Assembly (NCBI GenBank): GCA_965219685.1
Contig: CBDCOH010000002.1
Span: 1,440,001-1,504,000 of the forward strand
Length of the DNA stretch: 64,000 nucleotides
Direction: 5' to 3'
DNA from: Candidatus Spongiisociaceae bacterium
Lineage (GTDB): Bacteria > Actinomycetota > Acidimicrobiia > Spongiisociales > Spongiisociaceae
Shown here: piece by piece, positions 29,502 through 43,337 of the stretch
Layout: each line of letters opens with the position of its first letter
Position numbering within the stretch: position 1 is the first letter of the stretch
Program-made: the position numbers and the translations under genes
The notes under the pieces: model-generated
Databases searched by the model: none
What the model was told of the DNA's origin: nothing
The model's input: the letters and a program-made list of their open reading frames with translations, nothing else

Positions 29502-30533
29502 ATGAGGACGAGCAGGAAGATCATCGCGGGGGTTGCAGCCGCGATCCTCGCTGTTGCGGTGGCCGGTCTGGCGTGGTGGATTCTGCGGGACGAGGGACCC
29601 GAGGCGGTCGATCTGGAGGCGGCGGTGGCCCTGATGGAGACCGTGGACATCACCGACGGCGGGGACGCCACGCCGGCTACCGGGTCCACCCAAGACATCG
29701 GAACGACCCTGAGCACCGCTCCAGACACTCCAGCCACAACTTCCAATCCCACGATGTCCACCGGCGACGCTCCCACCACCACATCGACCATCGGTACCGG
29801 AACTTCGGTCACCACCTCGACCACTCCGCCGACCGCCGAGGACCCCACCACCACATCGACCACAAGTGCCGAAACCTCCGTCGCGACATCGGGCGCCGCG
29901 AAAGCCGACGACGCGGCATCACCCGATCCCGGTGAAGTCACGGAGACAACCGCGGTGGACGCGGGTCTGGCCGCCTTGACGGGAGTGTGGACGATCGTCA
30001 CCACCGAGGGTGCCGACGTTCTGACCGCCGAGTCCCCGGTTAGCTTCGCGGGTTACCGAGTGGTGGAGGTGCTGGCGGGAGGAGTCGACGAATCCACAGC
30101 AGTGGGCCGTACCGCAGAGGTGACCGGTTCGATCGAACTGAGCGGAACCCAACTGGTTGCCGCCACGGTGGTGGTCGAGATGGCCACGTTGCGTACCGAC
30201 GACAGCCACCGCGACAGCCATGCCCGCCAGGAACTCCACACCAGCGAGTTCCCGCTGGCCGTCTTCACCCTCGTCGAGCCCTTGGATTTGCCCGAAGGCG
30301 TCTCCAAGGGCGAGAAGTTCTCAGGGTCGGCCGTCGGAGACCTCACGATCAAGGGTGTCACCAACCGCGCCGTGTTCGATCTCGAAGCTCAACTCGTTGG
30401 CGACACCATCGTGGCCGTCGGGTCCACCGGGGTGGTGTTCGCCGACTTCGGCGTGGCGACTCCAACATCCCGCGCCGTCATCTCCGTCGAGGACCACGGC
30501 ATCATGGAGTTCCAACTCTTCTTCACCCGCTGA
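29502..30533 (+). CDS. YceI-family lipid-binding protein with N-terminal anchor and Thr-rich linker
   Basis: SFAGYRVVE, AVGRT, LRTDDSHRD, GDLTIKGVT, FADFGV. Confidence 0.85.
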   Translation: MRTSRKIIAGVAAAILAVAVAGLAWWILRDEGPEAVDLEAAVALMETVDITDGGDATPATGSTQDIGTTLSTAPDTPATTSNPTMSTGDAPTTTSTIGTGTSVTTSTTPPTAEDPTTTSTTSAETSVATSGAAKADDAASPDPGEVTETTAVDAGLAALTGVWTIVTTEGADVLTAESPVSFAGYRVVEVLAGGVDESTAVGRTAEVTGSIELSGTQLVAATVVVEMATLRTDDSHRDSHARQELHTSEFPLAVFTLVEPLDLPEGVSKGEKFSGSAVGDLTIKGVTNRAVFDLEAQLVGDTIVAVGSTGVVFADFGVATPTSRAVISVEDHGIMEFQLFFTR

Positions 30534-30562
30534 CAACAGGGTCAGGAGTCGCTGGTGAGGGA

Positions 30563-30849
30563 CTAGGCGCCGGCTTCCGCGGTTGCGAGGGTGGCCTGGT
30601 CGGCTAGGACGGTGACCGTGTTGTCGAAGATCTGGAGGAAGCCGCCGCCCACATCCACGCGGACACGCTCCTCGGCGGTCTCTATCTCCACTGTGCCGGT
30701 GGCGAGAGCAGCCATAAGCGGCTCGTGGTGGGCGAGGATCCCGATCTCGCCGTCGACAGTCCTGGCCACCACGAATCCGGCCCCGCCGGACCAGAGCACC
30801 GCCTCCGGCGACACGACGTCGACCCGCATGAGGGTGGTGGCGGTTACCA

Positions 30850-30850
<1 letters not shown>
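30563..30850 (-). CDS. atpC: F0F1 ATP synthase epsilon subunit (short, no C-terminal helices)
   Basis: VVSPE, GEIGILAHHEP, GGFLQI; last gene of the atp operon. Confidence 0.93.
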
Positions 30851-33175
<2,325 letters not shown>

Positions 33176-33184
33176 TGCGGAGCG

Positions 33185-34717
33185 CTACTCCCCTTCCCCG
33201 AACGTCCCCGTGTAGGCGGCGATGGCAACGTCGAGGTCGTCACCTTCGGGGAGTGCGCCGGTCCGCCTGATGCCTTCGAGGACGTGCGAGTGTCTGACCC
33301 GGACGAAGTCCCGCAACTCGTGCTCGGCGCGGGCGATATCCGGCACGGGAATCGCGTCGAAGTGTCCCCGGGACACCGCGTAGATCACCAGTACCTGCTC
33401 CTCGACCGGGACCGGCTCGAACTGGGGCTGCTTGAGGATCTCCACCACTCGCCGGCCGCGCTCCAACTGTGCGAGCGAAACCGCGTCCAACTCCGAGCCG
33501 AACTCGGCGAAGGCCTCCAACTCGCGATACTGTGCGAGGTTCAGCCGCAGCGTTCCCGCCACCTTCTTCATCGCCTTGGTCTGAGCGTTGCCGCCGACCC
33601 GCGAGACCGAGATTCCGGCATTGATGGCCGGCCGGATGCCCGCGAAGAACAGGTCTGTCTCCAGGAAGATCTGACCGTCGGTGATCGAGATGACATTCGT
33701 CGGAATGTACGCCGAGACGTCGTTGGCCTTGGTCTCCACCAGGGGCAGGCCGGTGAGTGAACCCCCTCCCAACTCGTCCGAGAGCTTGGCGCAGCGTTCC
33801 AGCAGGCGGCTGTGCAGGTAGAAGACGTCACCGGGGAAGGCTTCACGACCAGGGGGCCGACGCAGGAGCAGCGAGATCTCGCGGTAGGCCACCGCCTGCT
33901 TGGTTAGGTCGTCGAAGATGACCAGCGCGTGCTGGCCGTTGTACATCCAGTGCTGTCCTATCGCGGAGCCGGCATAGGGGGCGTACATCTGCAGCGCTGG
34001 AGGTGACGACGCCGCAGCGGTCACCACGACGGTGTACTCCATAGCGCCTGCCTCCTCAAGGGCGGCCACCACTTCGGCCACTGTGGAGGCCCGCTGGCCC
34101 ACCGCCACGTAGATGCACTTCACCTCGTCCGGAGTTCCCTGGAACTGCTTCTGGTTGATGATCGTGTCGACGACGATCGCGGTCTTGCCGGTCTGGCGAT
34201 CACCGATGATCAGCTGGCGCTGGCCCTTGCCGATCGGGGTCATCGAATCGATGGCCTTGATCCCGGTCTGCAGCGGTTCGTGCACGGGCTTGCGCTGCAC
34301 GACCGACGGCGCCTGCACCTCTAGCAACCGCCTCGGGTTCTGGGGAACATCGCCCTTGCCGTCGAGCGGGTTGCCGACCGGGTCGATCACCCTGCCGAGC
34401 AGGGCATCCCCGACCGGCACGGAGAGCACCCGCCCGGTCTGGTGGACCGGATCCCCCTCCTCGATGTAGGCCGCCTCGCCCATGAGCACCACTCCTAGGT
34501 CGTGCTCGTCGAGGTTCAGGGTCACCCCCAGCAGGCCACCCGGGAACTCCAGTAACTCCGAGGCAGCCGCATTGGGCAATCCCGAAACTCTCGCAACACC
34601 GTCGGCGATCGACGTGACGTAACCTACCGTCTCCTGCTCGAGGCTGGGCGACCAGTCCGCCACATGCTTGCTGAGCGCCGCGGTGATGTCTTCGGGACTA
34701 ATCGTCAACTGCGCCAT
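33185..34717 (-). CDS. atpA: F0F1 ATP synthase alpha subunit
   Basis: [31 protein letters not shown]. Confidence 0.98.
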   Translation of the reverse strand: MAQLTISPEDITAALSKHVADWSPSLEQETVGYVTSIADGVARVSGLPNAAASELLEFPGGLLGVTLNLDEHDLGVVLMGEAAYIEEGDPVHQTGRVLSVPVGDALLGRVIDPVGNPLDGKGDVPQNPRRLLEVQAPSVVQRKPVHEPLQTGIKAIDSMTPIGKGQRQLIIGDRQTGKTAIVVDTIINQKQFQGTPDEVKCIYVAVGQRASTVAEVVAALEEAGAMEYTVVVTAAASSPPALQMYAPYAGSAIGQHWMYNGQHALVIFDDLTKQAVAYREISLLLRRPPGREAFPGDVFYLHSRLLERCAKLSDELGGGSLTGLPLVETKANDVSAYIPTNVISITDGQIFLETDLFFAGIRPAINAGISVSRVGGNAQTKAMKKVAGTLRLNLAQYRELEAFAEFGSELDAVSLAQLERGRRVVEILKQPQFEPVPVEEQVLVIYAVSRGHFDAIPVPDIARAEHELRDFVRVRHSHVLEGIRRTGALPEGDDLDVAIAAYTGTFGEGE

Positions 34718-34750
34718 CGGTACTCACTCCTACTTCTCTCGTTCCATTCG

Positions 34751-35284
34751 TTAAGCGGTCACCGCTTCGCGTAGCTGTTCCAGGCGCTTCCGCACGGAAC
34801 CGTCGATCACGGTGTCACCCACCCTCGCGACCAAGCCACCCAGGATCGACTCGTCCACCACGACCCTCACCTCTACCTGGTTGCCGACTCGCTCCGCCAG
34901 GGCGTCGGCCAGACGCTCGACCGTTGCGTCGTCCAGCAAGATGGCGCTCCGTACCTCGGCGACCGCCCGGTTACGGGCCTCCGCCGAGCGCAGGGTGAAC
35001 TCGTCGGCGATCGAGCCGAGGTCGCCGCCTTTGCCCAGACCGACGGCGAAGCTCACGAAAGAAGTCGTCAGGCGATGGGCGCGCCCTCCCAGCAGGTCGT
35101 CTATCACCCCCTGCTTCCGCTCCATCGGCAGACGGTTGTCCCCGAGCGCCTCCTTAAGGTCGTCAGACCCTTCCAGGGCTCTGGCCAGCCGGAACAACTC
35201 GCCCTCGACGCGTTCCATCACGCCCTCGCCGCGGGCCATCTCGAATATGGCGGCGGCGTATCCGCGGATCGTCGCGTCGGCCAT
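34751..35284 (-). CDS. atpH: F0F1 ATP synthase delta subunit
   Basis: GYAAAIF, VDESILGGLVARVGDTVIDGS. Confidence 0.95.
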   Translation of the reverse strand: MADATIRGYAAAIFEMARGEGVMERVEGELFRLARALEGSDDLKEALGDNRLPMERKQGVIDDLLGGRAHRLTTSFVSFAVGLGKGGDLGSIADEFTLRSAEARNRAVAEVRSAILLDDATVERLADALAERVGNQVEVRVVVDESILGGLVARVGDTVIDGSVRKRLEQLREAVTA

Positions 35285-35839
35285 CTACTCGCCCGACTCC
35301 AACTCTGCCAGATAGTTGTCGACCAGGCCGAGTTGTGTTTCCCTGTCCAGACTCCGGCCGACCACCTTCTCGGCCAGATCGATCGAGAGGTTGGCAACCT
35401 GGAGGCGGGCGGCATCGAGGGCTCGGTCCGACTCCGCAGCAGCCTCCTCCCGGGCCCTGCTGACGATTTCCTCCGCCTCCTGCTGAGCCCTGCTGACCGT
35501 CTCCGACCGTACAGCTTCGGCAGCCTGGCGGGCCTCGTCGACTATCCGGGCGGCCTCTCCCTTTGCTCCGGCCAACTGCTCCCGGTACCGGGATGCAAGC
35601 TCTTCGGCCTCCTGCCGGGTGTTCTCGGCCGATTCCAACCTCGAGCGCTCGGCCTCCTGGCGACGTGCCAGAGTGGCGCTGAGCACGGGCACCACCCATT
35701 TCCATATGAAGAAGAAAATGATGGCGAAGGCGATTATTCCCGCTATCAACTCCGAGGTCTCGGGGAGCAGCAGGCCGAGACCGCCACTATCCTCCGCGCC
35801 CTCCTCGGCGGCCAGCAGAAGAGGGGGCGCCGCCATCAT
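35285..35839 (-). CDS. atpF: F0F1 ATP synthase subunit b
   Basis: N-terminal TM helix plus long coiled coil; operon position; start uncertain (35839 or 35863). Confidence 0.93.
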   Translation of the reverse strand: MMAAPPLLLAAEEGAEDSGGLGLLLPETSELIAGIIAFAIIFFFIWKWVVPVLSATLARRQEAERSRLESAENTRQEAEELASRYREQLAGAKGEAARIVDEARQAAEAVRSETVSRAQQEAEEIVSRAREEAAAESDRALDAARLQVANLSIDLAEKVVGRSLDRETQLGLVDNYLAELESGE

Positions 35840-35862
35840 GATCCGTGTATCAGGAGCCTTCA

Positions 35863-37014
<1,152 letters not shown>

Positions 37015-37022
<8 letters not shown>

Positions 37023-37479
37023 GCGAGCGAACTCTCCTTCCCTTGTTCCTTCCCAGGGCTACAGCCTCCCAGACCAACAGACCGACGTATGTGGCGATCA
37101 CGGCCAGCCCGAGCGCCGTCCGATCGACCTCGAACAGGGAGATAACCGCCCACATCGTCGCCGCGATCAGACCGAGGCGCAAGATGAACCCTAGAAGCGC
37201 ACCGGCATGATAGGCCCCGAGCGACACCCTCGCCAACCACGACAGCATGGATCCGGTCAGCAGGTAGTAGCCGGTCACTATGGCCACTCCGATCGCGGCC
37301 GCTACCAGGCCGTCGCGTCCCCGAACCAGTCCGAATGCCAACAGCATGACCGGGCCAACCACCACCGCCCGGCTGACGATCGAGCGGGCCATCTGCAGTT
37401 CCACCGGTGGACGCTCGGCGATGTAGCGTTCCACCTCGGACCGTTCCAATCCCTGACGGGTTCCTGCCTCAGCGGACAC
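37015..37479 (-). CDS. atpI: ATP synthase protein I-like membrane protein
   Basis: 4-TM protein immediately upstream of atpB. Confidence 0.75.
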
Positions 37480-37762
37480 GGACCGCTTGCTTTCCGGTTG
37501 GCTTTCTTACCAGTTCCCACATCCGGTAGAAACCGTTGGCCGAACCTAGGGCGATACCCACGACCAGCAGCCACGGTTCTGTCGACAACCAGCGGTCGGC
37601 GAGCCATCCGAGGAGGGTTCCGGCCATGATCGACCCGAAAAAGGAACCGCCCGCGACCCAGCTGTCCGCGACAGCCGAGGTGACCCCGCGATGGGCAGTG
37701 CGGACGGCACCATCCGGTGCCATGTCCAGGTCGGACTCGGGCGCGCCAAAAGCCTCGGTCAT
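37469..37762 (-). CDS. AtpZ/AtpI-family protein
   Basis: GTLLGWLADRWLSTEPW..VGIALG motif; first gene of the atp operon. Confidence 0.85.
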   Translation of the reverse strand: MTEAFGAPESDLDMAPDGAVRTAHRGVTSAVADSWVAGGSFFGSIMAGTLLGWLADRWLSTEPWLLVVGIALGSANGFYRMWELVRKPTGKQAVRVR

Positions 37763-37781
37763 CGACGGTGACCCTACAAGA

Positions 37782-37799
37782 TTGTGATTAGTTTCACAA
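37782..37799. promoter_or_regulatory. Rex/CRP-type operator upstream of the atp operon
   Basis: TTGTGATTAGTTTCACAA, just upstream of a TAGGGT -10 (37771-37776, minus strand). Confidence 0.7.
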
Positions 37800-37837
37800 G
37801 CTTCTGAGACCTCGTCACCTTACGGTCCGGGAAACCA

Positions 37838-39109
37838 TCAGACGTGCCCGGGGAAACTCGGCGGGTAGGGCTGGTAGTCCTGTGCCAGCGCAGCTACGTC
37901 GTGGCGCACCGCCTCCACTTTCGCGGAGTCTCCACGGTCTCGCAGTGCCCGGGTTATCAGGTCGGCCACCTGGACGGACTCGGCCTCCTTCATCCCGCAG
38001 GTCGTGATGCCGGGCGTCCCGATGCGGAGCCCGCTGGTGATGAAGGGTGGACGTGGGTCGTACGGGATCCCGTTGCGGTTGAGGGTTATCCCGATCGAGT
38101 CGAGAAGCGTCGATGCCTCCCTGCCGGTCAGGTCCTCGTCGATGGACCGCATGTCGAGCAGCAGCAGATGGTTGTCCGTACCGCCCGACACCACCCGGAC
38201 GCCACGTTCCATGAACGCGTGCGCCATGGCGGAGGCGTTCGCAACGATCTGCGCCGCGTAGGCCTGGAATTCGACGGTCGAGGCCTCCTGGAAGCACACC
38301 GCCTTACCGGCGATCTGGCTGATGATCGGACCGCCCTGCATGTCGGGGAACACGGACTTGTTGAGCCCCGGTCCGTACTCCTCTCGGGCCATGATCATCC
38401 CACCCCGCGGACCTCGGAGGGCCTTGTGGGTCGTGGCCGTGACGATATCCGCAAAGGGGGTCGGGTTCGGCATCGCCCGGCCGGCGACCAGCCCGATGAA
38501 GTGGGCTGCGTCCACCATCAGCAGGGCGCCGATCTCGTCGGCGATGGAGCGGAACGCCTCGTAGTCGAGATGGCGCGAGTACGCCGAATAGCCGGCGAGC
38601 ACGATCTTGGGGCGATGCTCGAGTGCCTTGGCTCGCACCTCATCCATGTCGATGACCTCGGTCCGCCGGTCCACGCCATAGGCGATGAACCGGTAGAGGC
38701 GCCCCGAGAAGTTGACCGGTGAACCGTGGGTGAGGTGACCTCCCTCGGCCAGGCTGAGCCCCAGCACCGTGTCGCCCGGTTCGAGATGGGCGAAGTAGAC
38801 CCCCATGTTGGCCTGGGCGCCCGAGTGGGGCTGCACGTTGACGTACTCGGCGTCGAAGAGGGACTTGGCGCGATCGATCGCCAGGCCTTCGAGCAGGTCC
38901 ACCATCTGGCATCCCTCGTAGTAGCGCCGCCCGGGATATCCCTCCGCGTACTTGTTGGTGTAGATGGATCCGCACGCCTGCATCACGGCCGGGGAGGCGA
39001 AGTTCTCCGAGGCGATCAGGTGGATGTGGGTGTTCTGGCGGCCCACGTCCGCCTTGATCAGATCGGCCACCGCCGGGTCGACCTGTTCGATCGGTCTCAT
39101 ATCGGTCAT
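37838..39109 (-). CDS. glyA: Serine hydroxymethyltransferase
   Basis: LIASEN, NKYAEGYPGRRYY, TTHKALRGPRGG, TSGLRIGT. Confidence 0.97.
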   Translation of the reverse strand: MTDMRPIEQVDPAVADLIKADVGRQNTHIHLIASENFASPAVMQACGSIYTNKYAEGYPGRRYYEGCQMVDLLEGLAIDRAKSLFDAEYVNVQPHSGAQANMGVYFAHLEPGDTVLGLSLAEGGHLTHGSPVNFSGRLYRFIAYGVDRRTEVIDMDEVRAKALEHRPKIVLAGYSAYSRHLDYEAFRSIADEIGALLMVDAAHFIGLVAGRAMPNPTPFADIVTATTHKALRGPRGGMIMAREEYGPGLNKSVFPDMQGGPIISQIAGKAVCFQEASTVEFQAYAAQIVANASAMAHAFMERGVRVVSGGTDNHLLLLDMRSIDEDLTGREASTLLDSIGITLNRNGIPYDPRPPFITSGLRIGTPGITTCGMKEAESVQVADLITRALRDRGDSAKVEAVRHDVAALAQDYQPYPPSFPGHV

Positions 39110-39150
39110 GGCTGTGACCTCCGTTGTCGTAGTGGCCGGAGGGTAGCGTT

Positions 39151-39250
39151 TGGTGGCTGGTGAGTGGTGAGTAGTGAGTAGTGAATGGTGAACAGTGTCA
39201 GTATAATCTAATATAACCTAGCAACTAGTAACTAACAACTAGCATCTAAC
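39151..39250. repeat. Bipartite heptamer repeat
   Basis: (T[G/A]GTGA[G/A]) x about 6, AT-rich spacer, (CTA[G/A][C/T]AA) x about 5; includes the tsaC stop codon. Confidence 0.85.
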
Positions 39251-39799
39251 AGGGCCTTGCCGGAGGACGGCGGGGGGATCGAGGGTTAGGTCGACCACGG
39301 TGGAGGCTTGGCCGCCGTGACAGCGGCCTTCCACGTAGACGGCCACGCCGTCACCCAGCGCTTCCCGCGCGCCGGCGGAGTCGATTGCGGGAGGAGATCC
39401 GCTCCGGTTGGCGCTCGTGACCGCCAGGGGACCCGACCGCGTGAGGAGGTCCCGGAGCTTCGGGTGGTCGGGCATGCGTACCGCCAGGGTTCCACGCCGG
39501 TGGTCCCCCACTCCCTCGGCCAACTCCACTTTGCTCCGCAGGATGGCGGTGAAGGCTCCGGGCCAGAACTTGCCTACCAGTTTCCGAGTTTGCCCGGTGA
39601 GACGAACCAGATCCTCCGCTTGGTCGAGTGAAGCCACCAGCACGGCCAGCGGCAGGTGCTCACCGCGTCCCTTGAGTTCGAACAGTGCACGGACGGCGAC
39701 CGGCTCGGCCGGATCCACCGCCACTCCGTAGACCGTGTCGGTCGGGATGCCCACGATCAGGCCGGATCGGAGGGCGCGCAGCGCTACCTCGACGCTCAT
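39239..39799 (-). CDS. tsaC: L-threonylcarbamoyladenylate synthase (Sua5/YrdC)
   Basis: PTDTVYG, LKGR, WPGAFT, AVRMP, TSANRSG, STVVD. Confidence 0.93.
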   Translation of the reverse strand: MSVEVALRALRSGLIVGIPTDTVYGVAVDPAEPVAVRALFELKGRGEHLPLAVLVASLDQAEDLVRLTGQTRKLVGKFWPGAFTAILRSKVELAEGVGDHRRGTLAVRMPDHPKLRDLLTRSGPLAVTSANRSGSPPAIDSAGAREALGDGVAVYVEGRCHGGQASTVVDLTLDPPAVLRQGPVRC

Positions 39800-40605
39800 C
39801 GTTCCATCCACGCGAGCAGGAAGCGGTCCCGTCCAGTCCAGTCACGCTCGACGGTCGCCTCCCATCCGCCGCCGTGGAAGAGCCTTGTGACGTCGCGGCC
39901 TTGGAGTTCTCCGATCTCGGCAACCAACACGCCGGTCGGTGTCAACCACGAGAACCCTCCGCTTGCCAGGTGCCGGTACATTTCCAAGCCGTCGCCCATA
40001 ACCAGTGCCGACCTGGGTTCGTGATCCCGTACATCCGTCGGGAGGTCCGGCCAGTCCGCTTCGGCCACATAGGGAGGATTGGTCACGATCACCGACACGG
40101 AGCCCTGCATCGATGGATCCAAGGCGGCAAGGCCATCACCGTTGCGGAAGTCCACCTCCAGGGTCAAGCGTCCTGCGTTGCTCCGGGCCAGGTCGAGGGC
40201 GTCGGAGGAGATATCGGTGGCGACCATGTGGATGTCCGGGCGTTCGTGCTTGATGGCCAGGGCCAGACAACCGGAGCCCGTCCCGATGTCGACCACGCGG
40301 CATGGTTGGCCCGGAAGCAGCGCCATCACCCTCTCCCACAACTGTTCCGTCTCGGGACGTGGGATCAACACGCGGCGGTCCACCTCCAGTTCGATAGGAC
40401 CGAACTGGACCGTCCCCTCCAGGTACTGGAGCGGCTCGCCGGCCTTCCGGCGTGCGACCAGCCGACCAAACCGGAACGCTCCGGCCTTATCCACCGGCAT
40501 CCCTCCCACCACGGTCGACCGGGGGGCTCCGGTCACCAGACGCAGAAGTCGCTCCGCCTCATGACGAGCCAACCCTGACCCGGAAACCAGTTCCCGTGAA
40601 CTCAT
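39796..40605 (-). CDS. prmC: Release factor glutamine methyltransferase
   Basis: GEPLQY, VLIPRPETE, DIGTGSG, NPPY. Confidence 0.95.
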   Translation of the reverse strand: MSSRELVSGSGLARHEAERLLRLVTGAPRSTVVGGMPVDKAGAFRFGRLVARRKAGEPLQYLEGTVQFGPIELEVDRRVLIPRPETEQLWERVMALLPGQPCRVVDIGTGSGCLALAIKHERPDIHMVATDISSDALDLARSNAGRLTLEVDFRNGDGLAALDPSMQGSVSVIVTNPPYVAEADWPDLPTDVRDHEPRSALVMGDGLEMYRHLASGGFSWLTPTGVLVAEIGELQGRDVTRLFHGGGWEATVERDWTGRDRFLLAWMER

Positions 40606-40619
40606 GTAGCAGCCCGGGC

Positions 40620-40880
40620 TCAGAAGTCGTAGATGCCGAATCGCTGACCGAGGGCGGGGAGGTCGATAATCGTGGAGGCGGGAAGGCCCAGTCCTCGGAG
40701 TTCCGCGGCCAGCACGGCCATCACCGGCGGCAGATCCGCCCGCTCCTGGATCTCCACGTCTACGGCTGAGGCGGACGCGCCGATCACCGAGCCGGCGCGG
40801 CCCACGCAGGCCTGTACGACTTCCTCGACCGCAGCGGGGGGAAATCCGGCGTCGGGCGAGAACCGGACGAAGAAGATCAC
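40620..40880 (-). CDS. Hypothetical 86-aa protein between prfA and prmC
   Basis: GTG start overlaps the prfA stop, GGAG-type RBS upstream, fills the gap exactly. Confidence 0.6.
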   Translation of the reverse strand: MIFFVRFSPDAGFPPAAVEEVVQACVGRAGSVIGASASAVDVEIQERADLPPVMAVLAAELRGLGLPASTIIDLPALGQRFGIYDF

Positions 40881-41956
40881 ATTCCCTCCCCTAGGCGCCG
40901 GGCTGTCTCCTCAGCCTCCAGCGCTTCCACGAACTGGTCGAGTGCTCCCTCGAGGATCTGGGGCAGCCGCTTGACGGTGAGACCGATCCGGTGGTCGGTG
41001 ACCCGGTTCTCCCGGTAGTTGTAGGTGCGGATCTTCTCGGAACGGTCGCCGCTCCCTATCTGCGATCTGCGGCCGGCCGCCCGCTCGGCGTTGCGAGCCT
41101 CCAACTCCTCCTGGTAGAGCCGCGCCCGCAACACACGGAAGGCCTTCTCTTTGTTCTGGAGTTGCGACTTCTCGTCCTGGCAGGTGACCACCACCCCGCT
41201 CGGGAGATGGGTGACGCGTACCGCCGAGTCGGTGGTGTTGACCGACTGGCCCCCCGGACCCGATGAGCGGAACGTGTCCACCTTCACGTCGGAAGGGTCG
41301 ATCTCCACCTCGACGTCCTCCGCCTCGGGCATGACCGCAACCGTCGCGGTCGACGTGTGCACCCGACCTTGCGACTCGGTCTTCGGCACCCGCTGCACCC
41401 TGTGCACACCGGCCTCGTACTTGATCTTCCCGTATGCGCCCTTACCCTTGACAGCGAAGGTGACCGTGCTGTATCCGCCCGCCTCGGCCCCGGAACTGCT
41501 GAGAGGCTCCGCGGTGAAACCGAGAAGTTCGGCATATCGCTGGTACATCCTGAGGAGGTCACCGGCCCAGAGGGCTGCCTCGGCACCACCCGCCGCCGCC
41601 CGGATCTCGACGATCACGTCCTTCGAGTCGTCCGGATCCCGAGGCGCCAGAGCGGAACGGAGTTCTTCCACGAGACGGTCCGCCTCAGCCTGCCTTCCCC
41701 TGGCGAGTTCGAGGAACTCGGAGGCATAGTCGGGATCCTCCTCGGCGTCGGCCAACTCGATCGCGTCGCTGGCTTCCCGCTCGGCCTCCTGCATGGCCTT
41801 GTACGAGACCACCACGGGACGGAGTTCGGAGTAACGACGGCCTACCTCCGCGTAGCGAGCCGGGTCAGCGAGCACTTCCGGATCTGCAAGGAGCCCCTCG
41901 GTCTCGTCGTAGGCGACCTGGATCTCCTCCAACCGGTTGACCAGTCCATCCGTCAT
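40877..41956 (-). CDS. prfA: Peptide chain release factor 1
   Basis: [12 protein letters not shown] (PxT), [16 protein letters not shown]; start 41956 or GTG 41968. Confidence 0.97.
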   Translation of the reverse strand: MTDGLVNRLEEIQVAYDETEGLLADPEVLADPARYAEVGRRYSELRPVVVSYKAMQEAEREASDAIELADAEEDPDYASEFLELARGRQAEADRLVEELRSALAPRDPDDSKDVIVEIRAAAGGAEAALWAGDLLRMYQRYAELLGFTAEPLSSSGAEAGGYSTVTFAVKGKGAYGKIKYEAGVHRVQRVPKTESQGRVHTSTATVAVMPEAEDVEVEIDPSDVKVDTFRSSGPGGQSVNTTDSAVRVTHLPSGVVVTCQDEKSQLQNKEKAFRVLRARLYQEELEARNAERAAGRRSQIGSGDRSEKIRTYNYRENRVTDHRIGLTVKRLPQILEGALDQFVEALEAEETARRLGEGM

Positions 41957-41964
41957 GGCGCCGG

Positions 41965-42897
41965 TCACCGCCCGTAGGCCGCCAGCGCCTCGGGGACGAT
42001 CGGACCCCTGGCCCGTACCTCGCCCACCTCCTCGTCCGTCAGGGCATGCAGGAGGGCGACCACAGCCACCTCGATCATCGACTCCTCCGGTGCCCTGGTG
42101 GTGAGGCGCTGCAACCACAGCCCGGGAGCGGTGAGTACGCGGCCCACCAGACGGTCGACCTGCGATCCCCCCAACTTGAGTATCTCGTAGGAGAGACCGG
42201 CCACAAGCGGGATAAGGACCACCCGGCTGGCTATGAGCCAATACCACGGCAGGCTCCCCACCAGGCTGAACACGACGATGGCAACCAGCATCACGATGAG
42301 CAGGAAGCTGGTTCCGCACCGCGGGTGTTCAGGCCGATAGTTCCCTATGTGGTCGAGGTCGAGCGGATCTCCCGCCTCGTAGGCGTGGATGGTCATGTGC
42401 TCGGCCCCGTGGTAGGCGAAGACCCTCCCGATCTCCTCCCACCGTCCGATCAGCCAGATGTACCCGACCAGCATCGCGATGCGGACCACCGCCTCCACCA
42501 GATGGAACCATGCGGACGACGCGTCCAGGCCACCCCAACGCGCCGCCAGCAGCGGAACCACTATGAACACCGCGACGAAGAACACGCCCGCCAGAGTCAT
42601 CGAGGTGGCCATCTGCCCGGTACTCACCGGTTCCTCGTCCTCCCCCGCCGACCGCTGCCCTGACCAGGCAAGGGCCCTGAAGCCCAGCGTAAGGCTCTCC
42701 CCCAGCACAAGCACCCCCCTCACGAGCGGGATTCTGGCCCATTTCGAACGGGAACTGAGCCGGGGAAGCTGGTGGGAGACCGCCTCGATGTCACCCCCGG
42801 GATTTCGCACGGCCACCGCCCAGCCCGACGGCGCGCGCATCATCACTCCTTCTATGACTGCCTGGCCCCCGACCGTGGCCCCTGGCGAACGCGACAA
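41965..42897 (-). CDS. DUF1385 family membrane protein
   Basis: [35 protein letters not shown]. Confidence 0.93.
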   Translation of the reverse strand: MSRSPGATVGGQAVIEGVMMRAPSGWAVAVRNPGGDIEAVSHQLPRLSSRSKWARIPLVRGVLVLGESLTLGFRALAWSGQRSAGEDEEPVSTGQMATSMTLAGVFFVAVFIVVPLLAARWGGLDASSAWFHLVEAVVRIAMLVGYIWLIGRWEEIGRVFAYHGAEHMTIHAYEAGDPLDLDHIGNYRPEHPRCGTSFLLIVMLVAIVVFSLVGSLPWYWLIASRVVLIPLVAGLSYEILKLGGSQVDRLVGRVLTAPGLWLQRLTTRAPEESMIEVAVVALLHALTDEEVGEVRARGPIVPEALAAYGR

Positions 42898-42915
42898 CGG
42901 AGGGCCGCCGCGACC

Positions 42916-43194
42916 TCAGGACGGGTCGCCCGCGCCCCCTCGCTCGCGGGCAAGCTTGCCGTAACGCCGCTCGAACCGCTCGACCCTCCCGGCCGTGTCC
43001 ACCAGCTTCTGCTTGCCGGTGAAGAACGGGTGGCTGGCGCTGGATATCTCCACCCTGGCGAGCGGGTACGTCTCTCCGTCCTCCCACACGATGGTCTCGT
43101 TGGTGCGGATCGTCGAACGGGTGAGGAATGCGAAGCTGGCGGACGCGTCCTGGAACACGACAGGTCGGTATTCGGGATGTATGTCTCGCTTCAC
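42916..43194 (-). CDS. rpmE2: 50S ribosomal protein L31, type B (Zn-free)
   Basis: [32 protein letters not shown]; no cysteines. Confidence 0.95.
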   Translation of the reverse strand: MKRDIHPEYRPVVFQDASASFAFLTRSTIRTNETIVWEDGETYPLARVEISSASHPFFTGKQKLVDTAGRVERFERRYGKLARERGGAGDPS

Positions 43195-43243
43195 GGATGC
43201 TCCTGTTCCGACAGGCCGACACGTGCAATTATGCCACGTCCGA

Positions 43244-43337
43244 GCGGTCGGCGGTCATTGGTCACGGCGAGCGGCAATCCTAACGTTCTAATGCAGTGCG
43301 AGTAACTATCAACTGTCAACCAGCGACTGTCGACTAG
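43244..43337. repeat. Degenerate bipartite heptamer repeat
   Basis: GCGGTCG GCGGTCA TTGGTCA ... AACTATC AACTGTC AACCAGC GACTGTC GACTAG; includes the rho stop codon. Confidence 0.65.
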
